Shown here in pieces: positions 40,145 through 53,311 of a DNA stretch of 64,000 nt (the stretch's first letter is position 1; every line of letters starts with the position of its first letter). The notes beneath the pieces were generated by a model that searched no databases, was not told the DNA's origin, and saw only the letters and a list, made by a program, of their open reading frames with translations. Location of the stretch: positions 13,144,001-13,208,000 of the forward strand of contig CP075492.1 of assembly GCA_021613535.1 (NCBI GenBank). The letters are read 5' to 3'. A program made the position numbers and the translations under genes. This DNA comes from Adineta vaga. Taxonomy: Eukaryota > Animalia > Rotifera.

Positions 40145-40549
40145 GCAATGTATTTTCATTAAATTTGAAATATTCTTTCCAAATAACCTGACATTCAGAA
40201 ATCTTGACATATAAATATATTTATTTTTTTGTGTTTCTCGCTTGTTTTCTTTTAAATTGATTATTAACATTTCATTCGTATTTACTCAACTGAAACTTAT
40301 ATGAAACTATCTCACATTGGGTGTGTATAGATATCCTACTAACTAATGTTTTTTATTCTTTCTCTGTTCGCTCCTTATTTTTTCTTTTCTATCTAAACTA
40401 TCACTTTTGCAGCAACAAAAACATAGAAAATGTTTTTTTTTCTGTTCATTTACGAGCGAAGTCCATCGTAATAAAATCTTTTGAATTTCATTTTCATTCT
40501 TAAAATAATTTCAATGATGAAATGAACAATAAATTAACTACAAGATAGT

Positions 40550-41208
40550 TTATTTGAACAATTTTTTAAATTTCTCTGCCCATGCTTGTGGACTATTCTC
40601 ATCCGATTGTTCTTTCTTTTGTTTTGCTGTTGCATCGTATGTAAAGTCATATTTTGGTGAAGATGATTGTTTTTCGGCATCTAAACGATCAGTTTTCTTA
40701 TCTTTCGATGATGAAGGCATCAAAAGACCCATCACATTTGAAAAAGCATCCAATGGATTACTACCAGCTTTAGTATTGAATACACCAGCAGCAGCTAATA
40801 ATTGAACTAATTCAAAAAGTTTCGTACGAATTTCACTATCAGTCAACATTGCAAGACCTCAACAAATTGAGAAAATCAGCTTATAAGATAGATTAGTTAT
40901 GATTTACTTGGTTGTTTAGTTGGATTTTTCAAATCAATATAACCTTTTCTAGTCATTGTTGAAATTAAATCTTGCATAACATGCATTATCTTAGGATCTT
41001 TTTTAATTGCTTGTAGAAATGTCATTGCTTTTGGATTTTTTGAAAGTTCATCCATCATTTGTTGCATATTCGGAAAACTGTGAGAGATCGGTGTTAATGA
41101 TAATGGTCGAACAAAAGTTATCGGTGCACGAGGACGGCATACCAACAAAATATTGTTAGTATTAGAAGATAATGTGTAAACAATTCGACGAGTGACAAAG
41201 GCGAGCAT
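40550..41208 (-). CDS. Hypothetical protein with probable mitochondrial presequence, 2 exons
   Basis: Arg/Ser/Leu-rich acid-free N-terminus; exons join in phase (KQP-S-LAMLTDSEIR); Met-rich helical core. Confidence 0.75.
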
Positions 41209-41457
41209 CTTGAAAATATAAATAATAACAAAATATATATATATATGATGTAATGGAATAGAACATCATGGCTCTAGAATGATTTGCCAAATATCTTAAG
41301 CTATTGAAGAATATGACGATAGGTATCGCTATGTACTTCGTATACAAATAGAATGAAGAAGAAAAAGTGTGTACACTCTTCTATTAGAAAATAGATGTTT
41401 TGTTTAATAACTAAATTTTGATTACATATAAATGAATCAAAAGGAAAATAATTGATA

Positions 41458-42517
41458 TCAATTAAGTTTCTCATTGTCATTTGTTTTCGATGGTTTCTTT
41501 ACATATTCTTTGTATGTACCAAATAATCGATCAAAATCAATTAATGGTACTCCATAATTGCATTCGAAAAAGGCATGATGAAGATAATGAAAGTCAGCTC
41601 CACCAGCTGGATCATCAAATCCATCATGACCACCAATTGGTGCAATATCAGCATGAAATTTTGCATAGAGAAAATGTAATGGATGACAAGTAAACAGTAG
41701 AGGAAAATATGCACACGTATAGTAAACGAAATGTTCAACAGGATGCATAGATAATCCTGACCATGGACCAGGATTACGACTTCGATGATGAAGACTATGG
41801 AAATGACGATAAAGAAATGCACCAATATCACCTTGTCGTAAACCATTTTTCACTGACCACCATGGATGCATAAGTCGATGAATCTATGAAAAGAAAACTT
41901 CACAGTATATTGAAAGATTTAATGAATGAAATTACCCAATAGAAATGAAATTCTCTCCAAAAAGTAACAGCTAAAAGGATGAGAATTGAAAAGAATGGTC
42001 GAGACCAAAAGTCGCTATAGTATGGTAATCGACCACTTGCCCATAACCACATAAAAACACATTGAACAAATGCTGATTGTAACCATCCAAGTGTAGTAAA
42101 TGTGACTTCTCTTGACAGATTACTTTGACCTTTTTCTTCATATTGATTTACAGGATTATATTTCTTTTTTTTTAATGGTCCTTGAGAATACGGACTCAGA
42201 CGTGAATAAGTCAACCAATGCCAAAATGAATATATAATAAATTCACAAGCTAGATTATAGAGAAAAACTCGAGAGACCCATTTGAAATTCCATTCATGTG
42301 CTTCAGGAAATGTCATAGGAAATATCCATAACCAACAGAGAAGTGCAGCACTAAAATCTAATGCATGACCTAAATGACACCAAATAAGATAATCAAAGGC
42401 TTTTCGTTGCCAATAAGACCATTGTGAATAATTTTTGAATACTAATGGAGTCGAATAATTTGTCTGACCATTATGAAGTCGATGAATTCCAACGATATTA
42501 CGAACACCGAATGTCAT
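41458..42517 (-). CDS. Fatty acid hydroxylase / sterol desaturase family protein, one 52-nt intron (41884-41935)
   Basis: His boxes FHFYW|IHRLMH, HSLHH and HYLHH; NPGPWSGLSMHPVE motif; several TM helices. Confidence 0.9.
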
Positions 42518-44567
42518 TACAAAATAAATCAAATTCTCTATATAACCTGTACGAATCTACTTGAGTTCTTATGCTTTCCTACTGCATGTTAGTTATCTAT
42601 CTTATATACGATTCTTATCTATTATCGAAATGTAATAAGTCTTGCCATCTTCGCACACCTCACTTTCACAGAGATGATAAAACTACAGTCACATGTATGT
42701 GTTGCTTTTTTGTCATTATTTTGAAAGAAAAACTGAATGAAAGACGAAAAGTCATATCAATCTCATCATAAATGTTCCATGCATAGCCAAACCTTATGAC
42801 TCAATTGAGTATCTCACGTTACATATACACGTGTTTATTAAAGATCTACAGAATAGATATGAAATATATTATTGAGCATTTAATTTTTGAATCCTAAAAT
42901 AAATCAATATTGAAAAAAACAAAATAACGAAAATGAAGATTGACACACCATGCTTTGAAAAGAAGAACAATACAGAGGATTATATACATAATTGTAGATA
43001 TCTAATGTTTAGAATTCAATACCGTATAAGTAAGAGAAAAAAGTGAGCGTACAATTAGAAAATATAATGAGAAATTTGGATATGTTGCTGTGGAATATCG
43101 ATTAGTAAGAGAATTAAGTGAATCAAGTGAAACGAATAATCGTAATTTATTATTTATAACAATTAGATCGAATTGTTCATTAAATCGAAAGAGATGGTGT
43201 ACATTATTATATTTGATACAATAACGATTAGCAAAAAAATTCTTCAGTGATTCATCGTCTTTCATATTCAATATAACTTTTAGCAAGCGCTTTTATTGAT
43301 TGATGAAAATGAAATTTTAGTTTTCGAATATTTTCTTAGAAAAAAGTTAATAGAGAGGATTAGTAAAAGTGCGTCTGTTGCTTGTCTTCTTCTATACACG
43401 TGAGTTAATGAAATACTACCTGAAATGAAAAGGAAAAAAAGCTATAGAATTATTATCTCTTAATAAAACTATAAGTTCATATCAGACTTACTTTTTTGTC
43501 AAGAATTATTCAGATACGAAACTCTTCGCGTTGTTAAAACTATCTTTGAAATACGTGTACAAACGAAACAATTATACAATAGACGAATGAATGAATTGTA
43601 CAATAGACGAATGAATGAACTCTTCATCAATTTGTTCATATATTTCTCGCAATAATAATTCAGAAGTTAGTCGAATGAATAAATTCGTTGTATGATACTA
43701 CTAATGAACTGATCGTATACTCAGACGTTCATAAATATCAGATGATGTTCACTATTGAATATTTTGTATTCAACAAAACATTGAAACACATTGCAGATAA
43801 ACGAGTTCTTTCATTATTGTTTTATTCAAGTATTATTCTCGCTCGTATTAAACATTTTCATCAATCGATTTCTCACATTTTCAATAATTAATGAATCGAT
43901 CAAATGATATTTTTCTTCAATTATTCCATTCATAAGTATATTTGATTGCTATCCAACTATTCAATACACGATCAGATCAGAAATGAAGAAAACATAAGAT
44001 AAATCAATATTAATATCTTGCTCACTCACCTAAATAATCTATTTCGTTCTAAATAAATCAGCAAGTATAGTATATAAACAAGTACTATTATAACTGTACT
44101 CATGTATTTCATTGAACTAAATCTCATTGTTTCATTAGTTGATATGATTTGATAATGAATAATTTACGAATCGTTTTTACTAGATTGTGTACCAATATCT
44201 TCGTCGACAGACGGCTCATATTTTTGTTTTTCTAGACAATTTAAGGTTGAACAATTAATATATGCATTACATAAGGGTTGTATCCATCTGTGGCATGTGT
44301 TCTAAAACCTATGAATTAGAACAGAGAAATGAGACAAATTTGTATCATCAAAACTGAAAATAACATATACCATAACCAGATTCAAATATTTCGATTGATT
44401 GAATACTTGCTTTTTGTTGTTGAATAGACATTATATGTTATTATTGGTCTTTCTCCTTTTTTGCTTCTCTTTGTCTCTCTTCTTCTTTGTTGGGTCATGA
44501 CCCTTGATATAAAGCTCATTCATATAATCTTCTCTCATAATATATCAATCAATTCATTGAACTCCCC

Positions 44568-45084
44568 ATGGCCATTATTACAGAAGTTTATGACCATTAT
44601 CCATTTAATTTTCTATTCATTTTTTATTTTTTATTTAGACCGAGAACGATAAAAAGCAAGTAGAAGCTCAAATACTCGTCATCTGTATGGCGTACAAAAA
44701 AGTGATTCGTTCAATACACATGATTGTCGAGTAGTAATTCAATATATTAAAAATCGGTACCAGTTGGTCGATTGCGTAAATATTAGTTTTTTGATTTCTT
44801 ATTCAATATTTTTTTAAATCTTATTTAGAACGTTGAAGATGCTTTGGCACTTGCTACACAGTGCGATGGCGAGGATGTTATGTTCGATTCAGCTATTGAA
44901 ATGGCTAAAGGAATCACACAAGTAAGTGAAGTATCTATTAGTTTAAAAATATATCAAATTATCTTTCAGATTCCGTCAATATGTGCAGCAATATTACATG
45001 CACTAACCAATGCTTTTGATTGTAAGTTCTGATATCCGAATATTTAAAGTTATATTTGTTTTCTTTATTTATTTAGTCGAATAA
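44568..45084 (+). pseudogene. Multi-exon gene remnant of unknown family
   Basis: In-phase GT-AG exons (...RYQLVDC|NVEDALALATQC...GITQ|IPSICAAILHALTNAFD|FE-stop), but an in-frame TAA near 44650 and no compatible start. Confidence 0.4.
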
Positions 45085-45487
45085 ACATTAGCATGTGAAC
45101 AAGAAAAAATTGTTTAATTAACAGAAGAACGTTTTAAAAAAGTCTGTTGCTTCTGTACCAAAACAACAAAAACTCGTTTATTTGTTTTGTGTATGAGAAC
45201 AAAAAGTTGTTTTATTTTTTTTGTATCGCAACAACAAACTTTTTAATGTTGTATAACAACACCAAATAGTTTGGTTTTTGTATAAGAACAAATAAAGAAG
45301 AATTGTTCAAACGATTTACTTTGAGTAATTAGAAAATGTGATTTTATTTGTTCAATTTTTATTTATCGATCAATTCAAATAGATGAATTAGAATTTATTA
45401 TTTAGTCACTTTTTTTCAATAGTAGATCATTATTTTGAAGGAAAATAGAAAGTATTATGATCAGATGAAATGATTTGATGTGACTTT

Positions 45488-46454
45488 CTAAAATATGGAA
45501 GAAAAAAATGAGAGAAAAAAAACAAATGATGAAAGATAAGTTTTACTTTGAGAATTATTTGAAGGAATTAATGATCGAGTTGCATTAAGACATTTGTTAA
45601 GATTTAAATTACAATTATCTTCGGCACAAAGACAAATCTGTTGAATGAAACTTTCTTCGCGAGAATCTCTTGTTTCATTTATAAGTAGATAAAAATAAGA
45701 TAGACTTTGATTATAAGAGATTTGAATTTCAGAAGAATCTTGTAATTCATAAATAAGTTTTACTTCATCGATTATAATTGATTGATAATCATCTTTAGAT
45801 AATGCTACTGATAAGATTTCATTATTTTCAAGAATAATTGCACATAAAACTGCATTTGTATTCATATATTCATCACAGTTTGTTACATTTATATAAGGAT
45901 CATTCGGGATTAATACAATGATAACTTGTCATCATTGAATCTCTTGAAAATATCTTTGAATTCACACATGAAACTGATGTTTTCAGTGAATTCACACATG
46001 AAACTGATGTTTTCAATTGAGGAAGTAAGGGTGGTAAACTTGATGGTGCTGTATTGGATTGAATTTCATTGTGAACAGATAATCGACATGTATCAAGATT
46101 TTCATTATATAAATTTGTTGCACAAATACAAAGAATTGACATATCAAATGTTTCATATGGAAGTGGTAAACACATACCATAACCAATATCAATTCCCTCA
46201 GAAAAACCTTCACATCGTGCAGAAATACTCTTATATGTATTTGTTATTTAAATACAATCACGAAGAATGGTTGAATTTGTACTATTATTAAAATATTGAT
46301 AAACACAATATTCACAATTTGTTGCATTGAAATCATCGTACTGACATGTTAAATTTAAGCGATTTTTTGTTTAATTTGTTATCATGAATTGATTGATATT
46401 CATAAATCCTTCACTCAATGTGATTAAGAAGAAGAACATTTGTTTCGATAACAT
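45488..46454 (-). pseudogene. Disrupted secreted Cys-rich (LU/three-finger-like), probably GPI-anchored protein
   Basis: Signal peptide MLSKQMFFFLITLSEG; two in-frame TAA; frameshift near 45900; C-x-C-x3-CN motifs (CICATNLYN, CLCAEDNCN); hydrophobic C-terminus. Confidence 0.7.
45957..46015. repeat. 30-bp perfect tandem duplication (LKTSVSCVNS x2)
   Basis: TGAATTCACACATGAAACTGATGTTTTCA occurs at 45957 and 45987. Confidence 0.95.
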
Positions 46455-46695
46455 TTTTCCAAAAGAATCAAAAGGAAAACTTTGATTTATATAAGGTTTT
46501 CATCGAGACACATAAATAATTCCAAATATTTTAAGTGTAGTTAATTATTGCAATCATCTTTTATTTTCAAAGATAATTATATTCACTTCTATTGACATGC
46601 AAGGAATGACAACAAAAGTTTCGGTCAGACTCGCTAACATATAAACTTTGTTTGTTTTTCTTTTCGATAATTGATCATCGATTGAAATTGAAATC

Positions 46696-47145
46696 ATGTC
46701 TGTCGTATTACGTCCTTTTGTTGGTATTGGTATAATTGTTGTTTATCCTCGTCGTTATCCTGATTGTGTACTTGTCTCTCAACGTTTAGCAAGTCATGGA
46801 AAAGGTGGATATCAATTACCTGGTGGTCATTTAGAATATGGTGAATGATTTGAAGAATGTGCACAAAGAGAATTGCAAGAAGAAACAAATCTTTCGTGTT
46901 CCTCATTCAAATTAGTTCATGTTACAAATACAATGTTTTCACAAGATGATGGACAATCTAAACATTATGTTACACTTTTTATGAAAACAACGATTGACGA
47001 TGATTCAATATTGAAACGTATGGAACCAGAGAAGAATTCTGAATGGATTTGGACGAAATGGAATGATTTGAAAACAATGAAACTATTTGCACCACTAGAA
47101 CAAGCTGTTAATGATGCTAATTTTAATCCATTTCATGAGAGTTAA
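46696..47145 (+). pseudogene. NUDT15: NUDT15/MTH2-like Nudix hydrolase with in-frame TGA at codon 51 (nonsense allele or recoded)
   Basis: RPFVGIGIIV...[30 protein letters not shown]...KHYVTLFM...MEPEKNSEWIW...LFAPL in one frame; TGA at 46846-46848. Confidence 0.85.
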
Positions 47146-48652
47146 ACGATTATTTTCTATAATTCTTAATTATATTATCTAAATAAAATATGTGGCAGGT
47201 TAAGAACAAACAAGTATCATAAAAGATAAGAAAATAATGTTATTCTTTTGAAGTCATTTTTCTAGAATGAATGAAGATGTAAGTAGTCTCTACAAACTGC
47301 GTTTTCATCGATATCCATGGAATCTAATAGACGTATTCAAATATTCTATACAAATATTCATCTGATGATATATTAATCGATTAGTAGTAATACTAAGAAT
47401 TGAACAACACATAACAAAGGAACAGAATAAATCACTGTGATATTCAAGTATTCGAACAACGTTGACGAAGTTTGAAAATGTATGCATCAATCGTAAATCA
47501 AGTGATATTTGAATAAACTACACGAATATCTATTCATATATTTCGGTTGATAGAGATATAACATTTCAGACGAATTTATGTCATTAGAGATTAAGCATGT
47601 ATTGAATTTTTCATAGCATCATTCATTTAATTATTTTGTACGATGAACAGTTAGATTTATATTATATGAAAAGGTCATATGTTGAACGGATAAATGTATA
47701 ACACAAATGATTCGTTCATTCAATTGTTTTAACGACAATCAAAGAAAAGTATTTATGACAGATGATATTTGATAAATGCAGAGAATATGAATGAATCAAA
47801 AGATATTCTTATTCATCTATTAGAATCAACAGAAAGGTTATTATTTCTGCTTGTGTCATGATTAATTATCATTGAATAGATGAAAATTCTCAAAGAATTA
47901 TTCGCATATTTTCGTTAATACTTTATAGTTCTATTAAATATGATCAACTGATGTAATTTAGTTGAAAATAAACGATATAGATATTCACGTATTAATACTT
48001 CTTTCATAGATCGTTTAGTACAAATTGTTGCCAAAGTAATTAATAAGATGGGAATACAAATCATCATATTTATATTACGCATTTGTAAATCCAAATTACC
48101 TAAAAGATCATTATACGATTTCCATGATATTCATCGACTATATATAAATATATCTTCGTAGTAAAAAACTAAGATAATAGCACTTGTAGTGTTTTTAAAC
48201 ATAAAAAATATGTGAAAAAAAGCACCCTGTTTATAGATGCAACACGTTACGATTAGAAACGTGATCGAAGAAATATAAATACAACTCATCTGTGACCAAA
48301 ACGACGAACATTTGAATAAGTGTGTGCGAAACATATAACTTGTTTACATTTACAAATCATTCTTATGAATGACTCATTGATAGCAAAAATCAATGTACCG
48401 ATGATTTTGAAACTTATTTTTGAAAAATAGAAACGAACTCACAACAAGAAGATCGTATGTCTTCGTGTAAAAAACGAATCAACGAATTCTCTTCTCTTCT
48501 CTTCTTCTTGCCTTTACATTTCTCGTTTGAAGCATAACCAATAGGAATCTTCTTCGTATCCTCTTCATTGTCAATGTCGCTATCATCGATCAAAACAAAC
48601 TTGGTCCTTCTTTCATTCATTCATCTTGTTTGTCAAAATAGAATCAATTCTG

Positions 48653-51593
48653 ATGGAGAAGATGGATACAACACAATCGCCTTCTTTAACAAGCAGAATT
48701 TGGTTTGTTTGTTTTGAAATTGAAATTCTCACAATAAAATATTCTTTTTTTTTAGTACAATTCAACATGAAAATCAAAGTACTACAACAATTGATATGCT
48801 CAAAGATTGTTCACCATGTAATAATAAATTAATCAAAATCTCCGACAAACATGCGAAATTTTTGATAGAAAATCTCAATTTATTACGTAAACAAAAAGAA
48901 TTATGTGATGTCATTTTATCTATTGGACAAAGTCAGATTCCAGCTCATCGTGCTGTGCTTTCCGGTAATGAGTCAATTGATTATTCGATCATAACGAAAT
49001 ATTTTCATTTTTTATTTAGCATGTAGTCCATATTTTAAAGCAATGTTTACTGGTGAATTAGCAGAAAGTCGACAAACAGAAATTGTTATTCATGATGTCG
49101 ATGAATATGCGATGGAATTATTAATTGAATTTTGTTATACTTCAAGAATAATTGTTGATGAAAAAAATGTTCAAATGTTATTACCAGCTGCATGTATTCT
49201 TCAAGTAATATGAAAACTTATTATTGCGATGATTATATTTTCATAGTATCAGTTCGAGAATTCTCCATAGGATTCTTTTTCTTGTTTGTACTGGTATCTT
49301 TTACAAGAAAAATAGATAATGTAATCTATCACGTTGTTTTGTGGAGATTATCCCAGACGTTGTTGATTGATTCATTTTTTACTTTTCTTGAAAAGTATCG
49401 AAAAAAATGAGTCAAATTATGACGACTTGTTTTCTTTGATTAGTAGCCTGCCATACATTTTATATCATAAATTAACTGTTGTCCTTGACAAATCAAAGGT
49501 CTTTTTTTCGTTTCTATATGTTCTTTTTTCCACAAATTAAATGCTTCATTTCCCTTATCAAATTATCTTATCAAAACAATTCTCTACTGTATATTTTGTA
49601 TCTCGTATTATTCATAGTATAGAATTTATAGAAACGTAGAAGATAAAAACAATTGGACAAAATGGTTTCTTTTTTAATCATATATGTTTAACATCTGACT
49701 TTTCGAATGTTTTATTTAGATTGAAGAAGTCCAGATAACTTGTTGCGAATTTCTTCAAAAACAACTGGATCCAACCAATTGTCTAGGCATTCGAGCATTT
49801 GCTGATACACATTCATGTCGAGAACTTTTACGTATTGCTGATCGTTATGCTCAGCAACATTTTACTGATGTTAAAGAAAGTGAAGAATTTCTCTGTTTAC
49901 CAATAAATCAATTGATCGATATCATATCAAGTGATGAATTGAATATGACTTGTGAAGAAGATGTTTTCAATGCTGTTATGCAATGGGTTTCATGTGATTT
50001 AAAACAGAGAAAACAATATTTACCTAAAGTAAAGATACATCTTTTTTTTAATGTTTTTGAACAATTGATTTAATTCTGTTTTTTTTCCTTGGAAGATCTT
50101 AGAACATGTACGTTTTCCATTAATGAATGCGCGATTTCTTGTCACAACAGTCAGTTCAGATCCATTGATTCGATCAGATCAAGCGTGTAGAGATTTAATT
50201 GATGAAGCTAAAGATTATTTATTATTACCACAAGAACGATTAAATATGCAAGGACCACGAACAAGATCAAGAAAACCAATTCGAGCAGGCGAAGTTTTAT
50301 TTGCTGGTTCGTTTAGTGATTTGATTTTTCAGACATGAATTTATTCTATTTCGTATTTTCAATAGTGGGTGGTTGGTGTTCAGGTGATGCGATAGCTAGT
50401 GTCGAAATGTTTGATCCATCAACAAATGAATGGCGAGCTGTAGCACCAATGTCGAAACGACGATGTGGAGTTGGAGTTGGTGTATTAAATAATCTTTTAT
50501 ATGCCGTCGGTGGTCATGATGGTGTAAGCTATTTGAACAGTGTTGAGAGGTAAAATAAAATGGGAGAAAATATAAAATCGTTTAATATTATATATTTAGA
50601 TTTGATCCTCAAACAAATCAATGGAGTAATGAAATTGCACCGACAAGTTCTTGTCGAACTAGTGTAGGTGTAGCTGTTCTTGATGGTTGTCTTTTTGCTG
50701 TCGGTGGACAAGATGGAATTTCTTGTCTGAATCTTGTAGAAAAGTAAGAAAGGAATAAGAATAAATCATACATAAAATCTCTTTTGTTTTCGTTTATCTC
50801 TAGGTATGATCCAACAGTTCAACGATGGATTCGTGTTGCATCTATGGGTACAAAACGATTAGGTGTTGCTGTTGCTGTTCTTGATGGATATCTCTATGCA
50901 ATTGGAGGATCCGATGGACAATGTCCTTTGAGTACAGGTAAATCTAAATGGTTTGATCTACGATTTGACTACGAATTTTCTTGTCATATCTAGTGGAAAG
51001 ATATGATCCCAAAGCAAATAAATGGTCATCAGTAGCATCGATGAATACACGACGAAAACATCTTGGTTGCGCTGTTTACAATGGATATATCTATGCGGTC
51101 GGTGGACGTGATGATGCAACAGAATTATCTACAGCAGAACGATATAATCCTAAAACAAATCAATGGTCACCAGTTGTCGCTATGAATTCAAGGCGAAGTG
51201 GAGTAAGTTATTTTGAAATAAAACAGACAAATTTTAAATAAGATTTGTTCTTGTCTTTAGGTTGGTTTAGCTGTTGTTAATAATCATTTGATGGCTATCG
51301 GTGGATTTGATGTAAAGATCTTTTTATAAATTCCTTTCTCCAAAAAATAACAACTTATCGTTTTAATTTAGGGTGCCGCTTATTTGAAAAGTGTCGAATT
51401 GTATGATAGCGAATCGAATAGTTGGAAATTACATGGTGGAATGAATTATCGTCGACTAGGTGGTGGTGTTGGTGTCATTAAAATTCAACAATTCGATTCA
51501 ATTTTATATGGATCAAATTCAACATCTACGCTTGTCTCAACATCACCAGATGATCTGAAAAATCGTTCGATTTCAACCTTAGTTGATCTTTGA
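48653..51593 (+). CDS. KLHL20: Kelch-like protein 20 / diablo (BTB-BACK-Kelch)
   Basis: [66 protein letters not shown], six kelch repeats, [12 protein letters not shown]. Confidence 0.96.
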
Positions 51594-51862
51594 ATGATTC
51601 TTTTCGATATCTTTCCTCATGTTTTTCTTTTTCATGTATATTTAACGATGTTGTTGTTCTCTCGGTGTACAGTAGTTTCATTCATTGGGCTCTATCTTTA
51701 TTTAATGATAGTTAAGAATCAAATATATGTGTACTGAACAAACGATTATTTCATCGTATCTAACTACCTAGGTACCGAAAAGAAACGAATTTATTTTAAT
51801 GTAATATAATGAAAAGTGAAATAAAAATTCAGAAATCGTCTATAAAGTAACATTGATGAGTT

Positions 51863-53311
51863 CTATAAATGATGAGCACGAGGAAAATGTTTAGATGCTT
51901 TTATATAAGCTTGATTGACATTATCGAAAGTAGCTATGAATGGATTGTCAGAGTTTGCATGATTATTCATTTCTAGGATAAGTTCAATCATGAAATAATG
52001 AAGTTCTCTTGGATTTGAAATTCGATCAATAACTTCGGCGACTTGTTTATCTTTATAATTTGTTAATGTGTCGAAACCTTTCAATGTTTTACAACGAACA
52101 TTTGATGAAGTTTTATTCATTTTTTCGAGCACATGATCAGCATAGTTCATTAATGATTTTGTATCCCATTGAATCGTAAGTGTTGGAAATTTGTCCTTCC
52201 TAACAATTTCATTTTGAAATTGAATATCATCTATTTGAGGATAGAATAGTGATAGATAAAAATTTTGAGCCATGACTGATGCGAGAATTTCTGGACAAAC
52301 TGAAGAACGAAAGAATAAGCTTATTGATTCTTTGTTGACCACTCCCTTGCGAAAAAAATAACGATTTTCATCAATTCCATCAATAGCAAATACCACAGAT
52401 TTTTTTAGATGATTTTTAATAAATAACGCAAAATGTGTTAAATCTTTGAATATTGTGTCAATCAAATGGTTTTCATGCGCTTGATTTTGAAATTCTTCTT
52501 TTTCCGTAATAGTAAAAAGTAGACGAAGTCTTAAATCATCTGATTTTTTCAATACAATTAATTTATTCAGATCGGTTCTGAAATGTTCGAAAAGAATCTT
52601 GTATTCAAATTTATTTTTTTCATACGTTTGTACTTGAGCAGCTTTTGCACTGTATCGTTGATAGGCACCTTTTTCAAAAAAATAATTTGCAAAATTTTCT
52701 AACTTGTTTATATCATCTCCATTATAATAATAACAAATGATACTTATGAGTTTCATCTTTTCTTCTAACGATACATCCGAAACATGAAACTGTTCCTTTT
52801 CATATTCGTTCACCAGTTGTGTCACCAACATAGATAACAGGACTTGACCAAACTCATATTTTCTCCAGCCAACCAAACAGTTCGAACTTTCACAGTTCAC
52901 ACCGTCAACCGATGTTGCACTCACATATCTTTCCAGATAGTCATTTAGATGTTGGTTTAAGATGAGTACTTTGAAATATTGAGTGGGTGATAATGATTTG
53001 AAATATTCACATCGTAATAGTGTTTTACCGGTACCAAATTTTGATAGGATTAGAAATGAAGTTGCGGAATGATCTTGTTTGAGAACTGCTTGTGGAAGAA
53101 CAGAATTGATGATGATTTGTGAATCGCAAGCATCAGCAGTTGTGATAGTAAAATGGTTTCTTGAGTTTTCGATGCCATAATATTTGTGAAAATCTCTGTT
53201 TGAAGCTATCGACATTTTACATTCAGTGAGAGTGGAAACTGCATTAAAATAATAGGCATAATAAGCTATCAATAGCACCAGGAGTGATATACAACCAAAG
53301 ATTTCGAGCAT
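51863..53311 (-). CDS. Intronless membrane-anchored P-loop NTPase (STAND/AAA+-like), paralog A
   Basis: 482-aa ORF; N-terminal TM; Walker A-like FLILSKFGTGKT; Walker B VVFAIDGIDE; LTIQW..KSL; NPREL. Confidence 0.85.
   Translation of the reverse strand: MLEIFGCISLLVLLIAYYAYYFNAVSTLTECKMSIASNRDFHKYYGIENSRNHFTITTADACDSQIIINSVLPQAVLKQDHSATSFLILSKFGTGKTLLRCEYFKSLSPTQYFKVLILNQHLNDYLERYVSATSVDGVNCESSNCLVGWRKYEFGQVLLSMLVTQLVNEYEKEQFHVSDVSLEEKMKLISIICYYYNGDDINKLENFANYFFEKGAYQRYSAKAAQVQTYEKNKFEYKILFEHFRTDLNKLIVLKKSDDLRLRLLFTITEKEEFQNQAHENHLIDTIFKDLTHFALFIKNHLKKSVVFAIDGIDENRYFFRKGVVNKESISLFFRSSVCPEILASVMAQNFYLSLFYPQIDDIQFQNEIVRKDKFPTLTIQWDTKSLMNYADHVLEKMNKTSSNVRCKTLKGFDTLTNYKDKQVAEVIDRISNPRELHYFMIELILEMNNHANSDNPFIATFDNVNQAYIKASKHFPRAHHL

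Noticed and set aside
43575-43619. 21-bp direct repeat TACAATAGACGAATGAATGAA x2 (also an 18-bp repeat near 4278/4332)
   Set aside because: Simple local slippage duplications with no further structure.
46841-46855. 15-nt GT...AG mini-intron that would remove the NUDT15 TGA
   Set aside because: Far below the intron sizes seen here, and it would delete conserved Nudix-box residues.
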